This document shows, one piece after another, positions 19,475 to 29,095 of a DNA stretch of 64,000 nucleotides. Under the pieces are notes generated by a model. It ran no database searches. It was not told where the DNA came from and saw nothing but the letters and a program-made list of their open reading frames with translations. The position numbers were made by a program, and so were the translations under genes. The stretch spans positions 192,001-256,000 of the forward strand of contig JBMFIG010000001.1 in assembly GCA_049976425.1 (NCBI GenBank). The letters run 5' to 3'. The stretch's first letter is position 1; each line of letters starts with the position of its first letter. The stretch is from Thermoproteus sp. Its GTDB lineage: Archaea; Thermoproteota; Thermoprotei; Thermoproteales; Thermoproteaceae.

Positions 19475-20890
19475 GTGGTAGTTTTGGTGAGGTACAGCGA
19501 GGTGGCGATCAAGCGAGGGTCTACCCGGAGGGAGATGGAGAAGTTGCTCGTCAGAGCTATTAGGGAGGCCGCCGCCGGGTGCGGCGAGGTTAAGTTCAGG
19601 CTGGAGCCGGGGAGGATATTCGTCTACGGAGACGACGGATGTGTGGCGAAGGCCGCGGCGCGGGTGTTCGGGGTCAAGTCGACGAGCCCGGCGGCCGAGT
19701 ATATATTTACAGACCTGGCAGATCTCGCGTCTAAGGTCGCGGCCCGCTGGAGGGATATAGTGGCCGGGAGGAAGTTCGCCGTGAGGGCGCATAGGGCCGG
19801 GACGCACCCCTTCACGTCGAGAGACGTCGCGGCTAAGGTGGGGGAGATCTTGGCGGCCGCCGGCGGCTCCGTCGACTTGGAGCGGCCGGAGGTGGAGATA
19901 TTCGTTGAGGTTAGGGGAGATCGGGTCTACACATACAACGAGATCTACGAAGGCCCCGGCGGACTCCCTCTGGGATCTGAGGGCAAGGTCCTGGCGCTCG
20001 TGTCGGGAGGAATAGACTCCCCTGTGGCCGCCTGGTATATGATGCGTAGAGGGGCCTACGTCGACGTGCTCTACTGCAACCTCGGCGGTGTCTTGACTGA
20101 GGCAGCCGCCTTGAGGGTGATAGACAAGCTGTTGGAGTGGTCGTACGGCTACGACGCCAAGGTGTTGGTGGCTGACTGCGCCCCCGTGGCCGACGCCATA
20201 CGCAGATATGTGGACCACCATTTATGGTCCATAGCGTTTAAACGGGCGTTGTACAAGCTCGCCGAGAGGGCCGCAGGGCTCGTCAAGGCCGAGGCCCTGG
20301 TCACAGGCGAATCCCTCGGCCAAGTGTCGTCCCAGACTCTCCAGGCGCTTTCGGCAGTGGAGATGGGGATAGACCTGCCGGTGTTTAGGCCCCTGATAGG
20401 GCTGGACAAGGAGGAGATAGCCAAGATGGCGCAGAGGATAGGCACATACGACCTATCCGTGTCCGTCCCGGAGTACTGCGGAATATTTTCGAGGGAGCCC
20501 AGGAGGTGGGCCTCCAAGGGGGAGATAGAGGCGATAGACCTCTACCTGGCCGACACTGTCGAGGAGGTCTCGAGGAATATAAGAATAGTAAGGAGATCGG
20601 AGCTTAAGTCTGCGATAGCCGGTCTGGCCCCCAGCGTAGAGGGCCTGGTCGTGGATAGGGTGCCCGAGGGCGCCGTCGTGGTGGATCTCAGAGACCAGGA
20701 GGCGTACCTTAAATGGCACATACCAGGCGCCGTCCGCGTCGAGCTCGACAGAGTCTTCGACTTCGTCGAGAGGATGGGCAGAGACAAGACCTACGTCTTC
20801 TACTGCTACCAAGGGGCTCTGAGCGCAGATGTGGCCGAACGTCTAAGGAGATCGGGCTATAGGGCGTACAGCTTGAGGCTCAAGCGATAA
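19475..20890 (+). CDS. thiI: tRNA 4-thiouridine sulfurtransferase (THUMP + PP-loop + rhodanese)
   Basis: VRYSEVAIK, SGGIDSPVA, TGESLGQVSSQTL, C-terminal rhodanese (WHIPGA, YCYQG). Confidence 0.93.
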   Translation: MVVLVRYSEVAIKRGSTRREMEKLLVRAIREAAAGCGEVKFRLEPGRIFVYGDDGCVAKAAARVFGVKSTSPAAEYIFTDLADLASKVAARWRDIVAGRKFAVRAHRAGTHPFTSRDVAAKVGEILAAAGGSVDLERPEVEIFVEVRGDRVYTYNEIYEGPGGLPLGSEGKVLALVSGGIDSPVAAWYMMRRGAYVDVLYCNLGGVLTEAAALRVIDKLLEWSYGYDAKVLVADCAPVADAIRRYVDHHLWSIAFKRALYKLAERAAGLVKAEALVTGESLGQVSSQTLQALSAVEMGIDLPVFRPLIGLDKEEIAKMAQRIGTYDLSVSVPEYCGIFSREPRRWASKGEIEAIDLYLADTVEEVSRNIRIVRRSELKSAIAGLAPSVEGLVVDRVPEGAVVVDLRDQEAYLKWHIPGAVRVELDRVFDFVERMGRDKTYVFYCYQGALSADVAERLRRSGYRAYSLRLKR

Positions 20891-20997
20891 CGCGTTTTCT
20901 AATAACTTAGTCAATATAAACCGTTAAAATACATTATTACATATAGAAATGCAATACGGCTTATATAATAGTGTTTAGTTATTCACATGCCGCTGTT

Positions 20998-21621
20998 ATG
21001 GACCCGCTAGATCTGTGGCTGGACGTATTGGGCACGACCCTATTGGCCACCGCCTATTGGCTTTATCTCAATTTCGCCTCCAAGGCTTCCTTAGCCGTCA
21101 AGCTGGCCTTTAACAAGGCATTTGGGTACTTCTACATAGCCCTGGGCGTGTACGCCTTGGCGAGCGGTCTGTGGGCCACGGCCACCTGGCCGTTGCCTAG
21201 CTCCTACAACTTGATATTTTCTGACGCCTGGCCGATCTTCGGCGTGGCGCTGATACTCCTTGGCCTCACGAGCAGTAGGATAGGCGTGGAGGCCCTCGGC
21301 GAGGACGGCCTCTACTATCTGAGAGGGGCGCTCGTGGGCATTGCCGCGCTGTCCCTAGCGCCGTTCGTCTACTCATTCGATATATGGAAGTATGGGCTGA
21401 CCAACGAGCCGCCTCTTGCCGGTCTGCTCTTCTTCGCCGTGGGCCTCGCCGGGCTGTTAAGCCCGCTCCTCACGTTCAAGAAGGCGGCGAGGGGCGTCGC
21501 CTACCTGCTCATGTTGCTATTGGTTATAGGCGGTCTGATATCCTTATTCATAGGCGTCTCGGCCATATTCGCGCACACAGCGATCTGGAAAGCCTGGGCT
21601 CCTTGGTACGGCGCCCACTAA
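20998..21621 (+). CDS. Membrane protein, DUF981-like
   Basis: MDPL..., TWPLPSSYNLIFSD, LTNEP motifs; multiple TM helices. Confidence 0.75.
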   Translation: MDPLDLWLDVLGTTLLATAYWLYLNFASKASLAVKLAFNKAFGYFYIALGVYALASGLWATATWPLPSSYNLIFSDAWPIFGVALILLGLTSSRIGVEALGEDGLYYLRGALVGIAALSLAPFVYSFDIWKYGLTNEPPLAGLLFFAVGLAGLLSPLLTFKKAARGVAYLLMLLLVIGGLISLFIGVSAIFAHTAIWKAWAPWYGAH

Positions 21622-21662
21622 AAACCCCTAATTTTTAAGAGGCTCCCTAGTCCTCGTTTTTC

Positions 21663-22616
21663 ATGACCCTCTTCATAACAGAGGGTGAGGTCGACCAGTT
21701 GTTGAGCTTCAGGGAGGCGATAGAGGCTGTCGAGGAAGGGTTCAGGCTTTTGGCGGAGGGCCAGGCGGTCAATTTGCCGAGGCGTAGGGCTATCGTGAAA
21801 GGCGCCGTCCTCCACGTCTTGCAGGGCGTGGTGTTGGGGAAGTACGGGGTGGCTGGGTTGAAGACCTACCTAAGCACTAGGGAGGGCGCTAGGTTCGTGG
21901 TCTTGCTCTTCGACGTAGCCGGCGGCGATCTGCTGGCTATAATCAAGGCGGATAGGCTCGGCCAGAAGAGGACCGGGGCGGCCTCCGCTGTGGCCACTAG
22001 GCACATGGCGGCCCGTTTCCAGGGAACGCTCGGCATAGTGGGTTCGGGCAGACAGGCGAGGGCCCAGTTCGAGGCGCTCGTCGAGGTCTTCAAGCCGTCC
22101 CTCGTAAAGATATTCGGCAGGAGCAGAGAGAGGGCCAGAGCCTTTGTAGAGTTCGTGAGGGGCAGGGGCTACGACGCGGCGCTGGCCGACGACTACAGAT
22201 CGGTGAGCGACGTGGACGTGTTGGTCACGGCGACGAACTCGGCAGAGCCCTTCATAAGGGGGGAGTACTTACGGCCCGGAGTCCACGTAAACGCCATAGG
22301 GAGCAACTGGGCGAATAGAGCGGAGCTGGCGCCGGACGCCGTGGCGAAGGCCGACGTAATAGCCGTGGACGACCCGGCCCAGGCGCGGGAGGAGGCGGGG
22401 GATCTGATCATGGCGGGGGCCCTCGATAGGGCTGTGCCTCTAGCCGATATAGTGGCCGGAAAGGCGCGCGGGCGGCCCGACGAGAGCTCCATAACTCTGT
22501 TCAAGTCGTTGGGCATAGCCGTGGAGGATCTTGTCGTCGCCAAGGTGGTATACGACAAGGCGGTCAAGGAGCGGCTTGGACGGGAGCTAGAGTTCTCCGG
22601 GCGCTGGCCTCTCTGA
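21663..22616 (+). CDS. Ornithine cyclodeaminase / mu-crystallin / alanine dehydrogenase family
   Basis: RTGAASAVA, GSGRQA, HVNAIGS, FKSLGIAVED. Confidence 0.92.
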   Translation: MTLFITEGEVDQLLSFREAIEAVEEGFRLLAEGQAVNLPRRRAIVKGAVLHVLQGVVLGKYGVAGLKTYLSTREGARFVVLLFDVAGGDLLAIIKADRLGQKRTGAASAVATRHMAARFQGTLGIVGSGRQARAQFEALVEVFKPSLVKIFGRSRERARAFVEFVRGRGYDAALADDYRSVSDVDVLVTATNSAEPFIRGEYLRPGVHVNAIGSNWANRAELAPDAVAKADVIAVDDPAQAREEAGDLIMAGALDRAVPLADIVAGKARGRPDESSITLFKSLGIAVEDLVVAKVVYDKAVKERLGRELEFSGRWPL

Positions 22617-23532
22617 TCGAGAAGATCCTGCTTATAGCCACTGTGTTTTGGCCGAGCAGACATATGCCCCAGAAGGCGTTGACAAGCGCGGTGTACATGG
22701 TGAGCGATGCCGTAAGAGCCCCTACCAGGGATCCCACGCTGAGCCGCCCCTCGTTGACGTAGTTGACGCCTATAAGCGCTGTTATTAGAGGAACGGCGTA
22801 GCCCACGGCGAACGAGGAAGACCAGTACTCTCTATCTAGGTGGATGTTTCTACTAATCCCTCTGATCCACCTATCCATGGCGGATGTGAAGGCGTCCGCG
22901 CCGGCCCTCCCGGCGAGGTATTCCGAGGCCGCATGGATGCTCTCGCTGTAGGCCCTCCTCTCGAGGCCTCTGGCCTCCTCGACGTTCTTGACGTAGTGCT
23001 CCAACAACGCCACGTAGAAGGGGAGCCCGATCAGCCCCACGAGGCCTAGAATCGGGCTCATCTCGAATATGGTCACCTCGGCGACGGCGGCTGTGAAGAG
23101 GTTCGGCACCATGGAGTTTATTATGCCGCCTACGTTCCACATGACGAAGTCGACGTCGTTCACCAGTTTACCTATATCGTCTCCGTTGTCGCGCGCCGCG
23201 CCTCCAGCCACGCCCTTGACCAGGCGCATTTTTATGAGGCGGATCGATTGGGCGATGCCGATCCAAAACGGCCGGAACAGCCACTCGGTTATTGCATATA
23301 TTAGGCCTGCAAGGGCCAGGAGCCACAAGCCCTGGCTCATCGACCCCACGGACCTGTTAAACAGCCCGTTGGTTATCTCCTGGAGCGAGAACGGGATAAA
23401 CATGCCGCTGGCCACCGCGCGGAGAATATAGGCAGCCGTAGCCCCGCCGATGCCGAGGTTGAAATATCTGTTGTTGAGGAACTCTTGGTAAAACTTCCAG
23501 TGTAGCCTGGCGCTTTTGGCTATTTGGCGCAT
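22564..23532 (-). CDS. Stand-alone ABC exporter transmembrane domain (no NBD)
   Basis: ABC_membrane-like pattern (GKLVNDVD, LSVGSLVG) with six TM segments and no Walker motifs. Confidence 0.75.
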   Translation of the reverse strand: MRQIAKSARLHWKFYQEFLNNRYFNLGIGGATAAYILRAVASGMFIPFSLQEITNGLFNRSVGSMSQGLWLLALAGLIYAITEWLFRPFWIGIAQSIRLIKMRLVKGVAGGAARDNGDDIGKLVNDVDFVMWNVGGIINSMVPNLFTAAVAEVTIFEMSPILGLVGLIGLPFYVALLEHYVKNVEEARGLERRAYSESIHAASEYLAGRAGADAFTSAMDRWIRGISRNIHLDREYWSSSFAVGYAVPLITALIGVNYVNEGRLSVGSLVGALTASLTMYTALVNAFWGICLLGQNTVAISRIFSIREASARRTLAPVQAAP

Positions 23533-23559
23533 ACCGCCTTACCCATACCTATTTAAAAC

Positions 23560-24792
23560 CTATTCGACGTCCAGCACGTCGAGCTCCACCACCTCGAGCG
23601 AGGCCCCAAGCGTCTCGGCGACGCTCGGTTGCGTCCGCCCGCCGTCGCCGTTTATGAACTCCTTGACGTATAAACCGCCTTGGCACCTCACGAATATCTC
23701 GATGACCCTATCGGCGATTTGGTACGCTTCGATATTGTATACCATCCTCCGCCTCCTGGCGCGCGGGTTTAACCTCTTTATCCGCCTCGGAGTCCGCTGG
23801 ACCACCACGGCGCCTTCGAGGGCCTTAAGCCTGGCCAGATCCTCGGCCGAGATGGGCTTGTCGGACAACGCCACCGCTCTGTAGAGCTTTATGCTGGTCT
23901 TCGACTTGGCCTTCATCTCCCTTACGTCGTTTCTAGTGCCCGGCTTAAGCGGCGATAGTATAACCCATTCAGTAGTGAGCCCGGAGAGATCCCCCCTATA
24001 CTTCGACGGCTCCTTGATCTCGACGACGGCAGGCCTCCCGTTGCCCAACATCCTAACGTCGGAGTCTTCGCGGCCCGCCGCGTGTAGGACCAACGCAGAG
24101 CCCCCGAACCTGGCCCGCACGGGGTCGAGCACCTCCTCGATGGTCCTCGAGGCGCCCGGCACGAGCCTTCCCTGCGACACGACGCGGCTCAGCTTGAGGT
24201 AGCGCCCAAGCAACAGGAGGGGATTTCTGGTGACTTTGACCGTGCCGTCGATTAAATTCACGGTGGCCACTACGTCGGGCCTCTCCTTGTTGGCCGGCCT
24301 CTTCAGAAGCTCCCCGACGGCTCTCCCTATCCTCCTGTTTATTTCGTGTTTTATAGACTCTCCCGTTTCTATGCCGAACTTAGCAACGATTTCCCGCTCC
24401 CGCTCTAACATATCCCTCGGCACCACGGACCCCACCTGGAACGTCCCGAAGTCTATCTCGGCCAACGCCTTCGCCACGCTCTCCGCGTACTTCTCCACGT
24501 CCTTGAGCAGGCCGCCGCAGATATAGCAACGGGCCTCCTCGACGCTTATGCCGTTCGAGGCGAGGAACCTCCTAGTGGGCGCGTGGACTCTCCCGAGCGC
24601 CTTGAGATCCTCGGTGACATCTACGCCGTTTCTGTAGTCGTACACCAGCCTCATGTGGAGCAGAGTCTTTATAGCGCGGCCCCTCTCGGCGTTCTCCATG
24701 CCGTAGCCCATCGAGGCGAATAGCCTGCCCAGACACGAATCGCACAGCGGATACTGGCGCAGAATTTCCCTAGCCCTCTCGACGGGATCCAC
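23560..24792 (-). CDS. pus10: tRNA pseudouridine(54/55) synthase Pus10
   Basis: LCDSCLGR Zn site, THUMP domain, GREDSDVRMLGNGRP catalytic motif, GGLYVKEFI. Confidence 0.95.
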   Translation of the reverse strand: MDPVERAREILRQYPLCDSCLGRLFASMGYGMENAERGRAIKTLLHMRLVYDYRNGVDVTEDLKALGRVHAPTRRFLASNGISVEEARCYICGGLLKDVEKYAESVAKALAEIDFGTFQVGSVVPRDMLEREREIVAKFGIETGESIKHEINRRIGRAVGELLKRPANKERPDVVATVNLIDGTVKVTRNPLLLLGRYLKLSRVVSQGRLVPGASRTIEEVLDPVRARFGGSALVLHAAGREDSDVRMLGNGRPAVVEIKEPSKYRGDLSGLTTEWVILSPLKPGTRNDVREMKAKSKTSIKLYRAVALSDKPISAEDLARLKALEGAVVVQRTPRRIKRLNPRARRRRMVYNIEAYQIADRVIEIFVRCQGGLYVKEFINGDGGRTQPSVAETLGASLEVVELDVLDVE

Positions 24793-24841
24793 CGCGCACT
24801 CTGCGGAGGGGGTTATAAATTTAGGATCGACCGGGAAGAGG

Positions 24842-25312
24842 TCAACGGACTACCTCCTGGCGATCCGCCTCTATGTTGAACACCGCGAACTGGTGGTGAG
24901 GCGGCATGTCGCCCAGCCCAGCGCCGCAGTCCACCTCGACGTCTGCAGGCTCCAGATAGGCGACGTACGTGAAGTCCCTCGGCGGCTTGCAGACGCCGCG
25001 CCTGCCGTCCACGACAGGCCTCCGTATGAGATCCGCCAAGCTGGCGCGTTCAATCAGCTTGACGCCGGGATGTCTGGCGCCCCGCAACGCCCTCCTCAAG
25101 AGGCCGGTGGAGGACTCCTCGTCGGGGAACAACGACCTCACGGAGTTGCCGAGGACCCTAATCGCGCGGGCCGCGTCGATGAAATACGCCACGAACTCGG
25201 CGTCCTCCCTTATCCCGTTCGATATCAATAGGGCGGCCACAAGCGCCTTGCCGTGGACGTAAGGCTGTTCGGCGAACGCCCTTGTCGATGTGACCAGGAC
25301 GAACCTCCTCAT
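24842..25312 (-). CDS. TrmY-like SPOUT protein (shortened/degenerate)
   Basis: MRRFVL..., LLISNGIRED, LFPDEES, C-terminal NIEADR; ATGA overlap with the srp54 stop; adjacent to pus10. Confidence 0.7.
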   Translation of the reverse strand: MRRFVLVTSTRAFAEQPYVHGKALVAALLISNGIREDAEFVAYFIDAARAIRVLGNSVRSLFPDEESSTGLLRRALRGARHPGVKLIERASLADLIRRPVVDGRRGVCKPPRDFTYVAYLEPADVEVDCGAGLGDMPPHHQFAVFNIEADRQEVVR

Positions 25313-26622
25313 TGGAGGCGGACGCCCCTGGCGCCCAGCCTGTACTGGCGCCGCAACACCTTGGACATCCTCTTCATCGACTCGTAGACCTTCAACATGT
25401 CCTTCACGTCCTTGGGCGTCACGCCGGCGCCTATGGCTATACGCCTGATCCTGGAAGCGTTGAGTATGCTCGGGTCCCTCAACTCCTCCTCGGTCATGGA
25501 GCTCAAGATGGCGCGCCACCTCCTTAAATTCTTCTGGGAGAGCTCTATCTGCTCATCGCTTATCTTGGAGGCGAGCGTGCCGGGGAGGAGCTCGAGGACC
25601 TTGCTCAGAGGCCCGAGCTTCAACAAGGCGTCTATCTGCTTCTTGAAGGTGAGCAAGTCGAGCCGCCCGCTCTCAAGCTCCTCCAAGACCTCCTCCTCTT
25701 CGAACACCGCCTTGACGCGCTCCACCAAGGTCTCCAGATCGCCCATGCCCAACACCCTCGCCACGAACTTCCTGGGGCTGAAGGGCTCCATCTCGTCGAC
25801 GCCCTCGCCGACTCCGATGAACTTGACCCTAGCCCCTGTCTTGGCCACGGCCGCCAAGGCGCCTCCGCCTCTGGCGGTGCTGTCCATCTTGGTTATGGCG
25901 ACGCTGTGTATGGGCACGTACTTCATGAAGGCCTCCGCCTGCGCCGCGGCCTGGCGGCCGACGGTGGCGTCCACCACCAACATCACCTCGTCGGGCTTTA
26001 TGGCGTCGTAGATGGCCTTGACCTCCTCCAGCAACGACTGCTCGTTCCTGTGTCGGCCGGCCGTGTCCACGAGGACTAGATCCACGCCCTTCATCTGCTC
26101 TAGGCCGCGTCTGGCTATGCCCACCGCATCGTTGCCGTCCTTCTCGCCGTAGAAGCGGGCGCCCACTCTCTCCGCCAGTTGCTTTAGCTGGTCGTATGCA
26201 GCCGGCCTAATGGTGTCGGTCTCAATTACGCCGACCTTCAAGCCGCGTTTTATATAGAAAAGCGCTATCTTCGCCGCAGTGGTGGTCTTCCCGCTACCCT
26301 CTACCCCCAGCAACATGATCACGTACGGCCTCTTGGGGAGCTTTAGATCAGGCTCGGCCTCCCCGCCCAGGAGCTTGACCAGCTCTTGATATATGACATA
26401 GATCACGAAGTCCTTGACGGGTATGCCGGGCGGCGGCCTCTCCTCCTTTATGCGCCTAACTGCCGCGTCCGTGAACGCCTTGACCATATCCAGAGGCACG
26501 TCGGCCTTCAACAGAGATCTCTGGAGCTCTCGCGAGATCTCCTGGAGCGTCTGCTCGTCGATGTACTCGACGCCCCTTATCTTCTCGACAAGCTTCGAGA
26601 AGAGCTCGGTCAACGGCCTCAC
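25309..26622 (-). CDS. srp54: Signal recognition particle protein Srp54
   Basis: GVEGSGKTTT, DTAGRH, TKMDSTARGGGALA, SMTEEE M domain. Confidence 0.97.
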   Translation of the reverse strand: MRPLTELFSKLVEKIRGVEYIDEQTLQEISRELQRSLLKADVPLDMVKAFTDAAVRRIKEERPPPGIPVKDFVIYVIYQELVKLLGGEAEPDLKLPKRPYVIMLLGVEGSGKTTTAAKIALFYIKRGLKVGVIETDTIRPAAYDQLKQLAERVGARFYGEKDGNDAVGIARRGLEQMKGVDLVLVDTAGRHRNEQSLLEEVKAIYDAIKPDEVMLVVDATVGRQAAAQAEAFMKYVPIHSVAITKMDSTARGGGALAAVAKTGARVKFIGVGEGVDEMEPFSPRKFVARVLGMGDLETLVERVKAVFEEEEVLEELESGRLDLLTFKKQIDALLKLGPLSKVLELLPGTLASKISDEQIELSQKNLRRWRAILSSMTEEELRDPSILNASRIRRIAIGAGVTPKDVKDMLKVYESMKRMSKVLRRQYRLGARGVRLQ

Positions 26623-26658
26623 GGCTCGGTCAGGCGCCGGTATATATATTTATTACGA

Positions 26659-27420
26659 CTAGACGCGGCCCAGCAAGATCAACGTGGCGTAGGCGAGCAA
26701 CAGCGCCGACGTTATAGACGCCAGCGCCTTTATGAAGTCGACGATCCTTATGATCCTCATCCTCCTCGAGGCGGCCGAGCCGAGCAAGGTGCTGTAGGTC
26801 AAGAGGGTGAACGACATGGGGACGTTAAAGGCAGTGCCCACGGCGGCCAGGACGGCGGCAGACACGCTGGCCGCGACGGCTCCGCTGAACGAGAACGCGT
26901 AGAGCTTGACTATCCACCTGGAGAATCTGAGGCCTAGATAGTTGCCGAGCAGTATAGCCGCAACCACGTAGATGTTCTTGTCGACGAATGCTATGTTGTT
27001 TACGCCGAACATGAAGGACACGGCGGCTAGAACGACGTATCCCAACGCGAGGGAGGGCCTCACGAGCTTGGCCACGAGGTAGCCCACGGCGAACGCGAGC
27101 GCGGGCGTGCCGAACCACAGCAGCAATGACGTAGCTGTTAGGCCTCTGAGCGAGTATAGAAATACGGAGATCGGCAGGGAGATCTTCGCGGCCGTGAACG
27201 CGACGTAGAACAGAAGCGCCGCGAGGTATTCGGGCACGCTAAACTTAAGCGGCGACATGGGCGACAGGAACGTGCCCGCTATCTCGGATACCACTGCCAA
27301 TATCAACGCGCGATCCGGCTGGACGCCGCCCCACGCAGACGGGCCGAGGACCACCAAGGCGTTGTTGTAGACTAGGGCGAAGGCGAGCAACGAGGTCAGC
27401 AACTCGTCTAGCGCGGACAC
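26659..27420 (-). CDS. PiT-family-like membrane transporter (divergent)
   Basis: Repeated (G)xNN motifs (YNNA, FGVNNIA), PISVF/PMSFT segments, hydrophobic. Confidence 0.6.
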   Translation of the reverse strand: MSALDELLTSLLAFALVYNNALVVLGPSAWGGVQPDRALILAVVSEIAGTFLSPMSPLKFSVPEYLAALLFYVAFTAAKISLPISVFLYSLRGLTATSLLLWFGTPALAFAVGYLVAKLVRPSLALGYVVLAAVSFMFGVNNIAFVDKNIYVVAAILLGNYLGLRFSRWIVKLYAFSFSGAVAASVSAAVLAAVGTAFNVPMSFTLLTYSTLLGSAASRRMRIIRIVDFIKALASITSALLLAYATLILLGRV

Positions 27421-27467
27421 CGGCCCTCGTCGTCCAATTGTTTTAAAGATTTCCTGAGGAGGGTTAT

Positions 27468-28142
27468 ATGGATCTCCCCAAGACTAAGGAGGAGCTGGCC
27501 CGGCTGATAGACCACACCATACTCAACCCGGCGGCTACCCCAAGAGACGTCGAGAGGTACTGCAGAGAGGTCTTGGAGCACGGCTTCTGGGGCGTGATGG
27601 TCAACCCGTCGTATGTCGCGTACGCCAAGAGCGTGATCGGGAACAGGGCTAAGGTCATGTCTGTCGTCGGCTTTCCATTCGGCGCCACTAAGCCTGCGTT
27701 GAAGGCGGCGGAGGCCGAAGCCGCCATGAACGACGGGGCCGACGAGGTGGACATGGTCATGAACATAGGCGCGTTTAAGGCGGGCCTCTACGAGGTCGTG
27801 GAGAGAGAGATAAGGGCTGTCGCCTCGATTGTGCACGACTACGGCGGCATCCTAAAGGTGATACTGGAGACCGGCTACCTAACGCCGGAGGAGATAGCCA
27901 AGGCGTCGTCGATAGCCGTGGAGGCCGGCGCCGACTTCGTCAAGACGAGCACGGGATACGGCCCCCGCGGGGCGACCGTAGAGGACGTCGAGATAATGAG
28001 GAGGACTGTCGGCGATAGGGCCGGCGTCAAGGCGGCGGGCGGCATCAGGACGGCGGAGCAAGCGTTGGCGATGATAAGGGCAGGCGCCAACAGGATAGGG
28101 TCCAGCCACGGAGTAGACATAATCAACACGTTCGTGCCCTAG
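27468..28142 (+). CDS. deoC: Deoxyribose-phosphate aldolase
   Basis: IDHTIL, VGFPFG, GADEVDMV, FVKTSTG, VKAAGGIR. Confidence 0.96.
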   Translation: MDLPKTKEELARLIDHTILNPAATPRDVERYCREVLEHGFWGVMVNPSYVAYAKSVIGNRAKVMSVVGFPFGATKPALKAAEAEAAMNDGADEVDMVMNIGAFKAGLYEVVEREIRAVASIVHDYGGILKVILETGYLTPEEIAKASSIAVEAGADFVKTSTGYGPRGATVEDVEIMRRTVGDRAGVKAAGGIRTAEQALAMIRAGANRIGSSHGVDIINTFVP

Positions 28143-29095
28143 GCCGATTCTCCGCGTTCCAGGACGGAGACGTAGGCAGGCCTGTCGTCGTACAGCTTGG
28201 CGGTCCTCAAGGCCTTCGCCTCCGCGAGGTTCTGCGACTTCCGCCTAAGCGCGTCGGGGTCCTTGACCAGCTCCTGCCCTATGGGCGTCGGCCTTCCCCC
28301 GGCCATGTTGACGAAGGTGAAGTAGCCGCCGGCTACGCGCCTCTCCCCCCTCAGCCCCTTGGCCACCACCTCGAAGGCCACCTCGAGGCTCGTGTGGCCG
28401 ACGTAATCGACGTCGCTTCTGACAGCGATTATGTCGCCTACGTAGATCGGCCTCTTGAAATTTATCGAGTTCAAGCTCGCCGTCACGTAGATCCCCGGTC
28501 TATAGTTGAATGCCGATATCGCCGCTATTTGGTCCAGATAGTAGAGGAGCCTGCCGCCGTACATGAGATCGCCGTATACTGCGTCTTCCGGCATCACCTG
28601 GATGTGGGTCACTGCGGGGAGATCGCCGACGGCCGGCTCGCGCCTCAGCTCAAGCTCCACGGACTCCCTCCATCTGGAGAAATAGCCCCAGAGGGCCCTC
28701 TCCCAGTCCTTGGAGGCCTCCAGCGCCCTCCCGACGGGCGACGGCTTGTCGTCGGCCCCAATCTTCACGAATATCATCCTGGCTATGGTGGCCAGCGAGG
28801 GCCCCTCAGCCCTCTTCACGTAGGCCTCAACCAATGCCGTCATGCTGGATCTCCTAACGTGGACGATCCAGGCTTTGAACTTGACCACATCGCCTACCTT
28901 GACGGGGGAGACGAAGTGCATGCGGTCCAGGTAGCCCAAGACGACGTTGGACTCGGAGAAGTCCATGGCGGCTATAGTCCCGGCGTCTACCAGCCACTGG
29001 AGCATATAGCCTCCGTATAACGTCCCTATGGGGTTCACGTTGTGCGGGGTGACCAATCTGACCACCTCCACCTCGGTGTCGGAGATCGAGGTCAT
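28139..29095 (-). CDS. Double hot-dog acyl-CoA thioesterase
   Basis: Two N..GTLYGG / YGG hot-dog repeats. Confidence 0.88.
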   Translation of the reverse strand: MTSISDTEVEVVRLVTPHNVNPIGTLYGGYMLQWLVDAGTIAAMDFSESNVVLGYLDRMHFVSPVKVGDVVKFKAWIVHVRRSSMTALVEAYVKRAEGPSLATIARMIFVKIGADDKPSPVGRALEASKDWERALWGYFSRWRESVELELRREPAVGDLPAVTHIQVMPEDAVYGDLMYGGRLLYYLDQIAAISAFNYRPGIYVTASLNSINFKRPIYVGDIIAVRSDVDYVGHTSLEVAFEVVAKGLRGERRVAGGYFTFVNMAGGRPTPIGQELVKDPDALRRKSQNLAEAKALRTAKLYDDRPAYVSVLERGESA

